Source: Chiloscyllium plagiosum
Taxonomy: Eukaryota
Direction: 5' to 3'
Length of the DNA stretch: 51,014 nt
NCBI RefSeq assembly: GCF_004010195.1
Contig: NC_057755.1
Coordinates: forward strand, 11,941,660-11,992,673
The position numbers and the translations under genes were made by a program. Position 1 is the stretch's first letter; every line of letters begins with the position of its first letter. The notes below the pieces were generated by a model. That model was not told the DNA's origin. It was given only the letters and a program-made list of their open reading frames with translations, and made no database searches. Positions 11,001 to 23,000 of the stretch are shown here, in pieces.

Positions 11001-14000
11001 GCGTCTCTTGTTTTTATGGTGGAACAGCATACGCTGGGCAAAGTGAGTGTTTGGTATTCAAAGTATTGCTTCCGTTGTTTAACAATTGGTAAGATACATC
11101 TTGCTCTCCTGTGAGCTGTGTTGGTGTGCAGATTGTTAACATTGATGCTGGTGGGCAAATTTTCCATTTAAACCCTTCTGCAAAGCCAACCAGTGAAGGA
11201 ATAGAGCTGCAACAACTATAAGCTATTCTTGTGTTGTGCATTTAACAGGCTTTTTCATAAGAACATTCTCAAACAATTTAAAATCTATAAGCATGAAGGG
11301 CATTTTGACATAAGCAATAACTTCCAGGAAGGAAGTCTTTGGGAATTTTTTAAAGGAGAAAAGAGAGACAGAGAGGAACAAGAGAAAACCATTTAGCTTC
11401 TTGAGCCTGTCATATCATTCAGTGAGATCATGGCTGATCTGCTGTCATTATTTTTGTTTTTTTGCCTTATTTGCACCAGTTGCTATTTATAAGGTAGTGT
11501 CCCAAACTTCTGCAACTGTTTCTGTGCAAAAGGATTTCCTAATTTCACTTCGAGTTTGAGCGCTGATTTCTACTTTTGGCTCTAGAGTCCCTAAACTGCT
11601 AGAATATTTCAGGTCTGAAACTCAAAACTAAACACAGCAAGTCCAAGTGTGGTCTAACCAGGTCTTTGTATACATGAAGCACAATTTCTGTATCTTTTTA
11701 AATGTAAATGCTAGTAATACGTTCCACCCCTAAGTCACTTTCAACACCACTGTTTCTGGCATTTTTCCATTTCAAAACGCTCCCATTTTATTCTTTTAGT
11801 CCAAAGGTCTATTTTCAGACATTTCAATCCATTTACTACAGTTTTGTCCACTCCCTTAAGGGGCCAATGTTTCACAAAATGTTATGATTCTCTCTGCAAT
11901 GCTGTCTCTTTATATCATTGGCAAATTTGGATAGGATCTTCTATCCTGTCATTCAACCATTGCAAGTTTGATGGTCCCAATGGCCTTTAGCACTGTAGGT
12001 TTTCTGTGACCTAGGTAATAGGTGAATAATTGAAACCAAAAACACTGAAGGGAAGCTTGCCAGTTAGTGTCTCTGTCACTCACCCATTTTCCTGACCAGG
12101 CCATCTTCAATTTTGTTAGCTTCACCTTGAAGTCAGTCTCTTATGAGGGACTTCAGAAACTTCATCCTTAGTTGTTAGAGATATCCAACTTTTCACATCT
12201 ATCTGTGTTAATATATCCCTCCTGCAACACCAGTCATCTTTTATATGGAATTTTATCAAATGCTGTCTGGAAATCCAAATATACTATATGGGCAAGATGA
12301 ACTTGTAGAGGGCATGAGGGGAGATTGGAGAGAAACAAGAGAAAACTCTAAAGTTGAATGTGGCAGTGCAGTAGGGAAAAGATGCCAAGAAGTGTATTTC
12401 CATTCCACAATTATCCTGAAAATTGAATTGTTTTAAGATGGTTACAAGAATCAGTAATGCGGTCCAGCTGTTTGTGGTAGCCTGTTGCTGAGCTAGTTGT
12501 TCACTATAATGTGACCAAGTGGAAGAATGGATTGTGAGTTGGCTTCGTAAAAGAAAGCAGAGAGGGAGTAAAGGCCAGTGTTCAGAGTGACAGAAGATGG
12601 GAAGTGGTGTTTCACAGGGATCAGTGCTGAGATCACTGCTGTTCATAAATTCCAAATGGATGATATTTTGAAATTTGTGGATGACACCAAATCGTGGGGT
12701 AGGCAAGGAAGAATGGCCAACACTGAGATGGACTGCAAAATGTAGCAGAACACAAATGAGCTTGTCAATAAGCAAATAATTCGGATGTGAAATTTAATGT
12801 GTGCGGTTACACATTTTGGTAGGAGGAATAGGGAGGTCACTTACTACTTGAAAGTTACCAGTCTAAGTGGGATAGAGAAACCGAGGTAAAAATACATTAA
12901 TCTCTAAATAGTTTACCACATAGGATAACGAGGCAGAACTCATGCTGGGCTTTATTTCTAGAGGGGTATAATTTAAAAATAATCAAGTGATACTAAACCT
13001 GTAATGAAGATTACATGCTTACACTGTATTTTGGATTACACTGCACTGAGAACACTGTGTGCACTTCTGAGCACATTATTATTGAAAAGGTTATAGAGAA
13101 GGGGATGCAGAGATGATTTACAAAAATGATGCCCAAAATGTGTGGGTTTACACACAGGATTTTCAGACCAGGCCTCTTGCACATCTTTGGATTGTGAGAG
13201 GAAACAAAGGTTCGGGATGACCTAAGAGTGGTCTTTAAAATTCTGGAAAGTTTGGGTCGACATGACACAGAGAGAACGGTTATTCTTGTGGGAAAGAGCA
13301 TTGCTAGAGGCCCATCATAAGATAGCCATCAAGCAATTCAATTTGGAAACTCTGAAGAAACCTCTCTATCCAGGGATTGGTGAGAATGTGGAACTTACCA
13401 ACATGGAATTTTGATGGCATGAATGCTATCAATGTATTTAAACGGAAGTTAAATGAGCGCATCTAGCTGAGGTATGTAAGTTGCTAAATAGGACTGACAA
13501 GGTAGATGTAGAGCAGATGTTTTATCCTGTGTGGCAATCTAGAACAAGAGGTTTCAGGTTAAATAAGATGAGAAGAAGTCACTTCTCTCAAAGGGTCATC
13601 AATCTGTGGAATTCGTTGTCCTAGAATGTGACACTAGGGACACTCAGTAAATTTGGGGAGGAGAAACTTTTTTTAAATTTAGTGATGGGTTGAAGGGTTA
13701 CGGAGAGTGGGCAGGAAAGTGGAGTTGAGGCCGAGATGAGATCAGCCTTAATCATTAAATGGCAGAGCAGGATTGAGGGCTGAATTACCTATTCCTGTTC
13801 CTGTTCCTATTTCCTATGTATGTGAAAGAAATAGATGGTCATAATGGTAGAGTTATGTGAAAAATTAAGGGAAGAAACTTGAATGGAGTATCAGCATCAA
13901 CATGGATTGATGAGCTAGATGGCCTGTTACTGTGGTTTTTTAGTTTTTGTAAAATTTGGATGCCTTGAACTTAAAAGGAGTAAAGCTGAGGATTATATGG

Positions 14001-17000
14001 GATAACAGGTGAGACCAAGGAATTGTTTTATTGGTGACTAAGGTTTCAAGAGGAAAAATGAGGAGATAGTCATACACGAAACAGATCCTTTGGTCTAACT
14101 TGGCTGACCAGCCCTATTTGCCAGCATTTGGCCCATTTCACTCCAAACCCTTCCTATTTAAATACTCATCCAGATATCTTTTAAATGTTATAATTGTACC
14201 CAATTCTATCACTTCCTGTTGCAGCTCATTCCCCTCTGTGAAAAAGGTACCCCTTTGATCTTTCTTTATATCTTTCCCCTCTTAACTAGACCTATTCTCT
14301 CTAGTTTTGGACTCCCCCACCCCAGGAAAAAAGCCTTGCCTATTCACCCTATCCATGGCCCTCATGATATTATGAACCTCTAAGGCCACCCTCAGCCTTC
14401 AACTTTCCAGGAAAAATAGCCCCAGCCGGTTCAGCATCTTTCTGTGTCTCAAACCCGCCACCCCCCAGTTCCATCCTTGTTAATCTCTTGTGCATCTTCT
14501 CAAGTTTAACAATGTAATCCCTATAGAAGGACGATCATATGATTGATTAAGCAAGCCAGTTATTGCAAAACTCTTAAGTGGAAGACCTGTGGCTAGAATG
14601 CTGCAATGTTCTAAGTGTAAATGAATTGGGAGAGAGCTTTCTCCAAGCCAAATAGTGAAGGAAGTGGGATTGCGTCTGGTATGGAGAAGAGCTGGAAAAG
14701 AGCAAGATGGTGGCCCAAAAATGTGGGGAAGTTTACATGGAGAGAGAGATTGTATGTGCGGAGGAGGAGGATGAAGTCAAGTGAGAGAAGGGAATGAATT
14801 GAGATGCAGGTTCTAATCACTGTGATTACCTGTTTGCTGCAGAGCCTGAGGGAGGAAAACACTGACGATGTCTTGGTGATGCATGTTTCTGTACACTGGG
14901 AAAGGTCGGTCAAAAACAAGAATTCTGAATGAGAGTGGAGAGGGCTGCAAAAGAAAGGGAGGATCCTGAGAGGTAGAGAGAGAAATGAAATTGTGGCTTG
15001 ATGTTCAGGATCAAACCACTACCACAATGGTCTTCAGTGGCATACAGGATAACCATAATTTAGTGTGGAGCAGCTATTTCACCTCCAACCCCCTTGGGCA
15101 TGTGCCGTCACAACCAACTGACTTGCCAAGGGCAAGGGTGAATAGGCAATGAGAACTGACCCGCTGACAGAACCCACTGGGAGCAGTGGGAGCGCTGAGT
15201 TAATGGAGAGACAACTACTGCGGTTCAGCCCAAGTAGGCACGCTAGAAGGACAATTCATTTGGACAATTCATCAAATACATGGCAAGTGACAGTACAGCA
15301 CCTCTTTAAACCTCTGCTGTATGACTCTGATGAAAATTCTACTAGCTGTGCTAACATACCAACTGTAGCATGGGATGTATCCAAAGTAAAACATCCTGAA
15401 CACTGTCCCATCAAACATCCAGGGGCAGACACAGCACATGTTAGATATCAAGTTTCTCCCAGTCACCAAAACACAGTACTATGCTACTGGCCTGACCTAT
15501 TTATAGTAGTAACATTGATTCCTCAAAACAAGCAGGCAGGAGTTAGTGTCTCAAAAGCCAGGACTGGAAATTACTTCTGCCCTGGTAGAGACTGGCCATT
15601 TTGACTGTAATGGCTTATTCATTTTTTCATGGGATGTTGGTATCACTGGTGAGGCCAGTATTATTTACTGTCCCTAATTGCTCTTGAGAAGATAGTGAAG
15701 AGCAGCCACCTTGAATCACGGCACTCCATCTGGTGCAGGTAAACCCAGGTTGCTATTTGGAAGTCACTTTATGTAACTGAAAACCTCTCAACTTTCTTAG
15801 TCCATGTGAAATAATGGGTACTGTTTCATGATTAACCTGACTGTGAGAGGAATGTTTCTGGCCTAGTTATGGATGGGATGTGCAAACTGAGTTAAGGGTT
15901 GAATTATCTTTTAGTGGACAGCATTCGGAATGGCATTGATATTTTGGTGGGGACGCCTGGAAGGATCAGGGACCATCTACAGAACATGAAAATCGACCTG
16001 TCTAAACTGAAGCATGTGGTCCTGGATGAAGTGGACCAAATGTTGGACATGGGCTTTGCTGAACAGGTGGAAGACATTCTGAAAGTTGCATACAAAAAAG
16101 GTGAGTCTTTCTGTGTTTTGGCCTCTGATGATTGTGTTCATGTTTGCTTTTGAAGAGGTATGCTATCCTTAAACAACCTGAGCCTGAACCATTGATGAGA
16201 GAGAAAATGTTATGTAGCCAACTGTTATGGATCAGGCCAGACCCCCTCAAAACATTTCAAATAGCTCAGACCCTCACTTTGCCCATTGTTTTAGGCAGGT
16301 GTACAGTGGTTATTGCAGCTGTACAACCATTCTGCTTTAAACAAAACAATTTATTTGCCAGATTATCAAATGAAACACAAACAAAAGAGAACAGAATACA
16401 GAGTAACGTAGCTGAAAATGTGTCACTGGAAAAGCGCAGCAGGTCAGGCAGCATCCAAGGAGCAGGAGAATCGACGTTTCGGGCATGAGCCCTTCTTCAG
16501 GAACGGCTCTGAAGAAGGGCTAATGCCCGAAACGTCGATTCTCCTGCTCCTTAGATGCTGCCTGACCTGCTGCGCTTCTCCAGCAACAACATTTTCAGCT
16601 CTGATCTCCAGCATCTGCAGTCCTCACTTTCTCCTAGAGTAATGTAACCTATCCAACAACCCAACAGACTCTCCCAACTTTTAATGATGCTGATCCAAAT
16701 ATTTGCAACAATCCCCACAAACACCGCTTAGTAAAAAGGTAAAATCAAACACGGGGTCTTACAGGACAGTGATGTGGAGATGCTGGTGTTGGACAAATTT
16801 AAAAATCGCATGACACGTAATAGTCCAACAGGTTTATTTGGTAGTACAAGCTTTCGAAGCACTGCTCCTTTGTCAAGTAGCTAATGGAGTAGGATCATAG
16901 GACGCAGAATTTATCGCAAAAGATCAAAGTGTCATACGCTGATGCGATATATTGAACAAACTTAGATTGCTGTTAAGTCTTTCATTTTTTAGAATGGGTT

Positions 17001-20000
17001 GCAGGAGAGAGAGAGATGGCAGAGGGACTCAGTGAGGAACACTTTATTTCATGTAGCTGTTTCTTGGACCAGCAGCCTCAAACTAAACTTACTGCTAGTT
17101 TTCAGTGTAACAACCATACTGCTTAAACTAAACTAGAGAAAAGCTGAGCGGGGAGAACTGGCCATTTCCCTTGCAAGTGTTTTTAAAACAAAAACATGAA
17201 AGCATTCTCAAGTAGATCAACTCCATACATTTCGGAATCTGTATCTTTACGACCTCCTGAAAAAGAACCAAGGACAACCTAACCTCCTCAAAGGTGCAGC
17301 AGCATCATCACATAATCTCCTTTGGGAATGTAGACCAATAAATTACATTTATAGAGCATCTTCCACAGTATTAAGATTGGAGGGTTTTTAACTTAATTGA
17401 TTATTGGATGTGAATGTCTTTGACCATGCTAACACTTATGTCCACCCTTAATCACTCTGCTGATGGTGAGTGGCATCTTGAAATGCTTCAGCCTGCTATA
17501 CTGTTACCAAGGCAGTTCAAGGATTTTGATGCAGCAGCAGTGAAGGAACTACAATATTGACACACTGTGTGACTTAGGGGAAAAGTTGTATGGTGCTCCC
17601 ATACAGCTGCTACCTTTGTCCGTCTTGATGGTAGATATCCCAGATTGGAAGTTACTGCCTTCGTGCTACAAAATGGAGTGAGGAGACATTGGAAAGTTGA
17701 GAGGCTGGGGTTAAAGAGGTAAGGAGGGACCTGCTAGTTGGATGAATACAGGCAGCAAAATTTTGGATTAACTGAAATTTGTGGAGGGTGCAGATTGGAG
17801 CCTGGTCAGAAGAGCTTTCCATCAGTTGAGACTAGAAGGCAGGAAGTGCCCTGGATGAGGAAGGGGAAACATTATGCTGAATGTAACTGGTTTTCCAAGC
17901 ATCCTTCGAAATCTATGTTTGTCATTGTGGGGAAAGTTGTAGATATGCTGCTTGTCAGGAATTTTATTGGTTTGTGCGCGCACCTTCCTTACGAAACCTA
18001 ATGCAAACTTAACTGTCAATTCATTTGATGTATTTTTGAGGTCCCTGTGCAGCCAGTTTAGTTGATTTGAGCAGTCTGCCTAATAATCCAAAGCCTGTCC
18101 AGTTATATCAAGCAAGAAAATCCTTTCCAGTAGGATATCAGGTCTGAGTCCAGCAATTTGTAATCCATCTATAATTTTGACATTTTTTAATTGCTTTTTA
18201 TACCAGTGACTTTATTGATTAATATAATTTCTACTTTTGTCCTCCAATAAGATTCCAAAGACAATCCTCAAACACTCCTCTTCTCTGCAACTTGCCCTGC
18301 CTGGGTTTATCAAGTCGCAAAGAAATACATGAGAGCACAGTGCAAACAGGTTGATCTCATTGGAAAACGGACTCAGAGAGCTGCTACAACTGTTGAGGTG
18401 GGTTTGAGCATGGGAATGTTAGATTTCAGTTCCGAGATCGGTGATCGATTTGAATATATAACTTTTCAGTAGTTTGCAGAGCTATATCTTTGTCTCTCAG
18501 TTAAGAAGGTAGTATATGTAAACTCCAGCTAAACTTGGAGTGTTATAAGATTATTTAAGGTAATTACTGTTCTAAGCATAAGGCTAGTTATTGAGTGAGA
18601 GACAGAGTGAATATAACTAGAGAAGTACTGAAAATAACTTCAGAGGGAAGGAGACCCCAGCTCAGTAAGGCAAGAGGCCTGAGGATCTGGATTTTCAGGT
18701 TTACTCTATTGTTGCAATGATAAAATCTGTTTCATCTCTTAGAAGGAATGTTGAGATCAGTTGTAAATGGAACATTAAACACATAATAACATGTTTTTAC
18801 CTACATAATAAAATGCAACAAAGATAAAAGCCAAAACTAGACTTGACAGTCCTTTCCCCTCTGATCTCTAGTACGGTATCAGATACCCATTACTTAGACT
18901 GACCCAGTGTTTACAATAGTGTTGTCAGAGGATTATTTAGCTGATTTCAATCAGGTTACTATGATAAAACACATCCAAATCCAATGTGCTTCAGTTTTGT
19001 GATACATGTGCTTGATCTCTATTTTTATATCATCCAGTACATAATCTTAGTGACACAGTTCAGCCTGTGCTCTGCAGGAAGTGTGCTGCCTTGAATGGGC
19101 ATGCCCTACTAGTTGATCTAAGATGTATTTTAAGATACTAGATCAGACCACCCCAATTTGTTTTGGCCCCAAATTCAACCTGGAAATTTTGTTACCTTCC
19201 TTTTGTACCAGTAATATTTATTTGATTAAAGCGGGCACAATTTGAAATTCCAGTTATTAAGAGAATAAGCCACAAGATTCCAAGCAAATAAATACTTACT
19301 GTACTCTAGTTAAAGCAATCAGTCACGCCTATCTATCAAACTGTACAGTAAATGTAAGATACAACTATGGCAAAACTCCAACCATTTCTCGGCAAACCGT
19401 CCAGGCACCAGGAAATCTCAAAACAAAATTTGTCTTCCTCTTGAAGAATTTCAGCTCCTGTTTCACAGAGTTAATCTGATCCCCAGTAGTCAGGAGTTCT
19501 GCTGAAACAAAGTTGGATAGGTACCCAACCAAAGGATACACTATTCCACATTTCTGTTTCGTCTTCATCCAAATCAAGATTTTTGGTAGACACTACCAGT
19601 TGAGCTGACTTTTCAAGGCATATCCTGTATCGGCTAGGCAGTGCACGCTGTCGTATAAACACTGGCTCAATTCCAGATTCTCAGTTCTGCCAACAACTGC
19701 GTCGTGGTAGCACAAAGCTAACAATTGCATCTGGGGAACCCCAGCCCTCTCTGCACCACAGAACTTGAAGCAGCTACATGGAACCAACTCACTTCTCTGT
19801 CTGCTTCTACAGGCTGTCATTACCTCTCACCTATGCCTAGCAGGTTTCAGGCTCCCTTGACCTGAAGCAAATCAAATGAATCAGAATTATTCCATGCAAA
19901 AGGAGACCATTTGGCTCACCATGCCTGCACCATCAACATTGTGTGCATTAGATGTTACAATTTCTAGTCACTGTTGTGCAATGACTAGGTATTTACCCCT

Positions 20001-23000
20001 AAAGCATCAGTAAAGTACAAAATTTTATTATGATAGTATGAAAGTTTCAGGGTAGGTGTTAATAGGTTTGTTTATAAACCATGTGCACGTAAGACATTTC
20101 GGAGCAAGAGAAGGTCAGTGAGGCCGTTGAGCCTGCTCCACTACTTAATGAGATCATCGATAATCTTCTACCATGACTCACCATTTTGCCGTAACTTCAT
20201 ATTCCTTGGTGATTGTTAATATGTAGGAACCTATCAGTCTCATTTATTTTACCCTTTATAATATGATATTGATTCCTTTATCACTGGTTTCAGTATCCCT
20301 CAAGTTCTTGGGTTCAGATTGAGTTGCATAGAACCTGCAGCTAAAAGCCTTTCTTTTCTCGGCCAGCATTTGGCCATAGCATGTCACTGGACACAGCGAG
20401 CGGCAGTCATTGGTGATGTAATCCAGGTTTACAGTGGCAGTCATGGGCGGACTATTATCTTCTGTGAAACAAAGAAGGAAGTAAATGAGCTGGTGATGAA
20501 CAACTCAATAAAACAGGTATGGCGTTCTCCCAGTGCTCCTGCCCTGAGTAACACCGTGACACAACAGATTCCTCCCCACTAATAGTGTAACCCACTACCA
20601 TGACTGAAAGGTCCCCATCAATATGGTGTCCCAATGTTGGACAGTGACTTGACCCCACCAGTACTTTAAGCAGTGTGTACAGTGACAGACCTGTTCTCAT
20701 TAATACTGTACTCGAGTTTTCCACAGTGATAGTCAAGCCACATTTGGGCTTAACAAGGCACCCCATTGTTATACTGGAACAGGCCTGATCCCATTAGTAG
20801 TTACCCCTAATGTTATGCAGTGACAAACCTGGTCCCACCAGCACTGTACCTCAGTGTTATTGACAGACCAGTCCCCACTAGTACTGTGTCCTTGTGTTAT
20901 ATAGTGACAGACCTGACCCCATCAATACTGACTCCCAGTGTTATGCAATGACAGATCTGTCCTCAACTAGTACTGTACCCCTTAAACAGTGATAGATGAA
21001 TCCCTGTCAATAGTATCCCCAATCTTTTTATACGGGAATAGATCTACTAATATTATTTGCTTGGAGACTGCACAGTTCATTTTGTACAGAATCATAGAAT
21101 TCCACAATATGGAAGCAGGTCATTTGGCACATTAAGTCCACACCAACCCTCCAAAGAGCAGCCCACCCAGTGCAAAACAAGTGTTCCACACCCACAGGCT
21201 AGTTATTATACTAACCTGTGCAAATGCTATCTTTTGTTGGATTGCTGTACATCATCAGCTCATGATCCAAGATTTTGTTTATTTTGTTCTGCAGGATGCT
21301 CAGTGTCTTCATGGGGACATTCCACAGAAGCAGAGAGAGATCACCTTGAAGGGTTTCCGGGATGGCTCTTTTGAGGTCCTGGTTGCAACTGATGTGGCTG
21401 CTCGTGGCTTGGACATTCCAGAGGTAGACCTAGTAATACAGGGTTGCCCACCAAAGGTAAGTTAGCGTTACCATTCAGAGAGATGTCTACAGACCAGTCC
21501 CGTTGAAATCTGGTTGTGAATTCTCTGTAATTTATTTAAGTGCTGTTTAAATAGTGTCAATGTTTCAAACTCAGTATGTCTCCTCTTCCAAATAATGTTC
21601 CGAAGAAGTCATTGCACTTGAAACTTTAACTCTTTCTGTCCCTGCTAGACTAGCTGAGTTGCAATGGTATTTTTATTTTTAATTTCCAGCATCTGCAGTG
21701 TTTTCGTCAAAATGATTAGACATAAACTTGATGTCTAATATTTGAGCTAGTTTCTGATGTATTCCACACCCTGTAATGAGCTCAATAATGAGGGAGTTTT
21801 CCGGTATTCCATCTGCTCTGCATTCCCCAGAAAGGAGTGTGTTATGTTAATGTAACTTAGCGATTTGAGTTGATATGCTTTTCTTTACAGTAAAATTCTC
21901 AGATTTTCTAATATGATCAATCATTAATTTAGGATGTGGATTCCTACATTCACCGTTCTGGTCGAACGGGCAGAGCTGGGCGCACAGGGATTTGCATCTG
22001 TTTTTATCAGAAAATGGAGGAGGGCCATCTGAGATTTTTGGAACACAAAGCTGTAAGTGCATTTCAATGTTATGCGGATTGCTATTGAAAAGTGATGATA
22101 TCGATGAAACTGTTGTATTGAATATGCAGCTGTCATAGCCAGCAGTGGACAGAAGCAATGATTGATATTATTATAGCAGTTCAGTTAGAAGATTACAACA
22201 TGGTGGTTCAGTGGTTAGCACTGCTACCTCACAGAGACAGGGACCCAAGTTCAATTCCACCCTTGTGTGATTGTGTGGAGTTTGCACATTCCTCCCATGT
22301 CAACGTTTCTTCTGGGTGCTCTGGTTTCCTCCAACAATCCAAAGATGTGCATTGGTGGATTGACCATGCTAAATTGCCCATAGTGTCCAGGGATGTCTGG
22401 GTTAGGTAGATTAGCCATTGGAAGGTACAGAGTTGAATAGGGTGTGGGGATGTCTTCTGGGCGGTTAGTATGGACTTGATGGGCCAAATGGCCTGCTTCC
22501 AGGGATTCTGTGTACAAAACTAGAGAATGTTAGGAGACAAGAAGAAATCTTCTTGGATAAATAATTCATTCCTTAACAAAGAAGAGGTATTCTTGTCCCC
22601 TCTTGGAATTTGCAAAAGTTCCAACATCTTCTATTTCTGTTTAAATCTGAAATTCTGTAGATGTAGAGTTCTGACGCTTGTGTGCTTTGCCACTCAAGGT
22701 TAGTCATTGTCCATAGCTACATCCGCTGTGATGTGCAATGCACCTGTGTGCTTGTTCTGTTTTATCGGCTTAGCCATATGTCATTGTTCATTGACACCAA
22801 TCTGTTAAACTGTAAAGGGCAATCACAAACCTATTTTGTCCCATTCTCCGCAAAGCCCAAATTGTACTTTCCACGAGGGCAGTTCAGTCAGCTATGATTA
22901 TGTGGATCGGAGGCCAGACCGGGTAAAGACAGCAGATTTCCTTCTCTAAAGGAAAATGACAGTGATGAATTAAATGGGTTTTATGGCAATTGACGATGGT

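Larger units (their letters stand above)
16223..17312 (-). mobile_element. Probable solo LTR carrying two nested Penelope-related insertions
   Basis: TG..CA termini (TGTTATGGATCAGGCCAGACC / GCAGCATCATCACA), flanks CAAC / TAAT (decayed 4-bp TSD?), AATAAA on minus at ~16350; similar terminus fragment at 26660-26715. Confidence 0.45.

Noticed and set aside
15149..15604. 151-aa intronic ORF on +
   Set aside because: No recognisable domain or splice context; probably a chance ORF or an unidentified repeat
18700..19940. Possible further LTR-like element in intron 7
   Set aside because: Only vague similarity to the 16223 terminus; I could not define ends or a TSD
20545..21020. Regularly spaced repeats resembling a CRISPR array
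   Set aside because: Vertebrate intron; units are head-to-tail degenerate copies with no unique spacers and no cas genes
22092..22098. GTGATGA C-box 40 nt after exon 10
   Set aside because: No CTGA D box at suitable distance and no terminal stem
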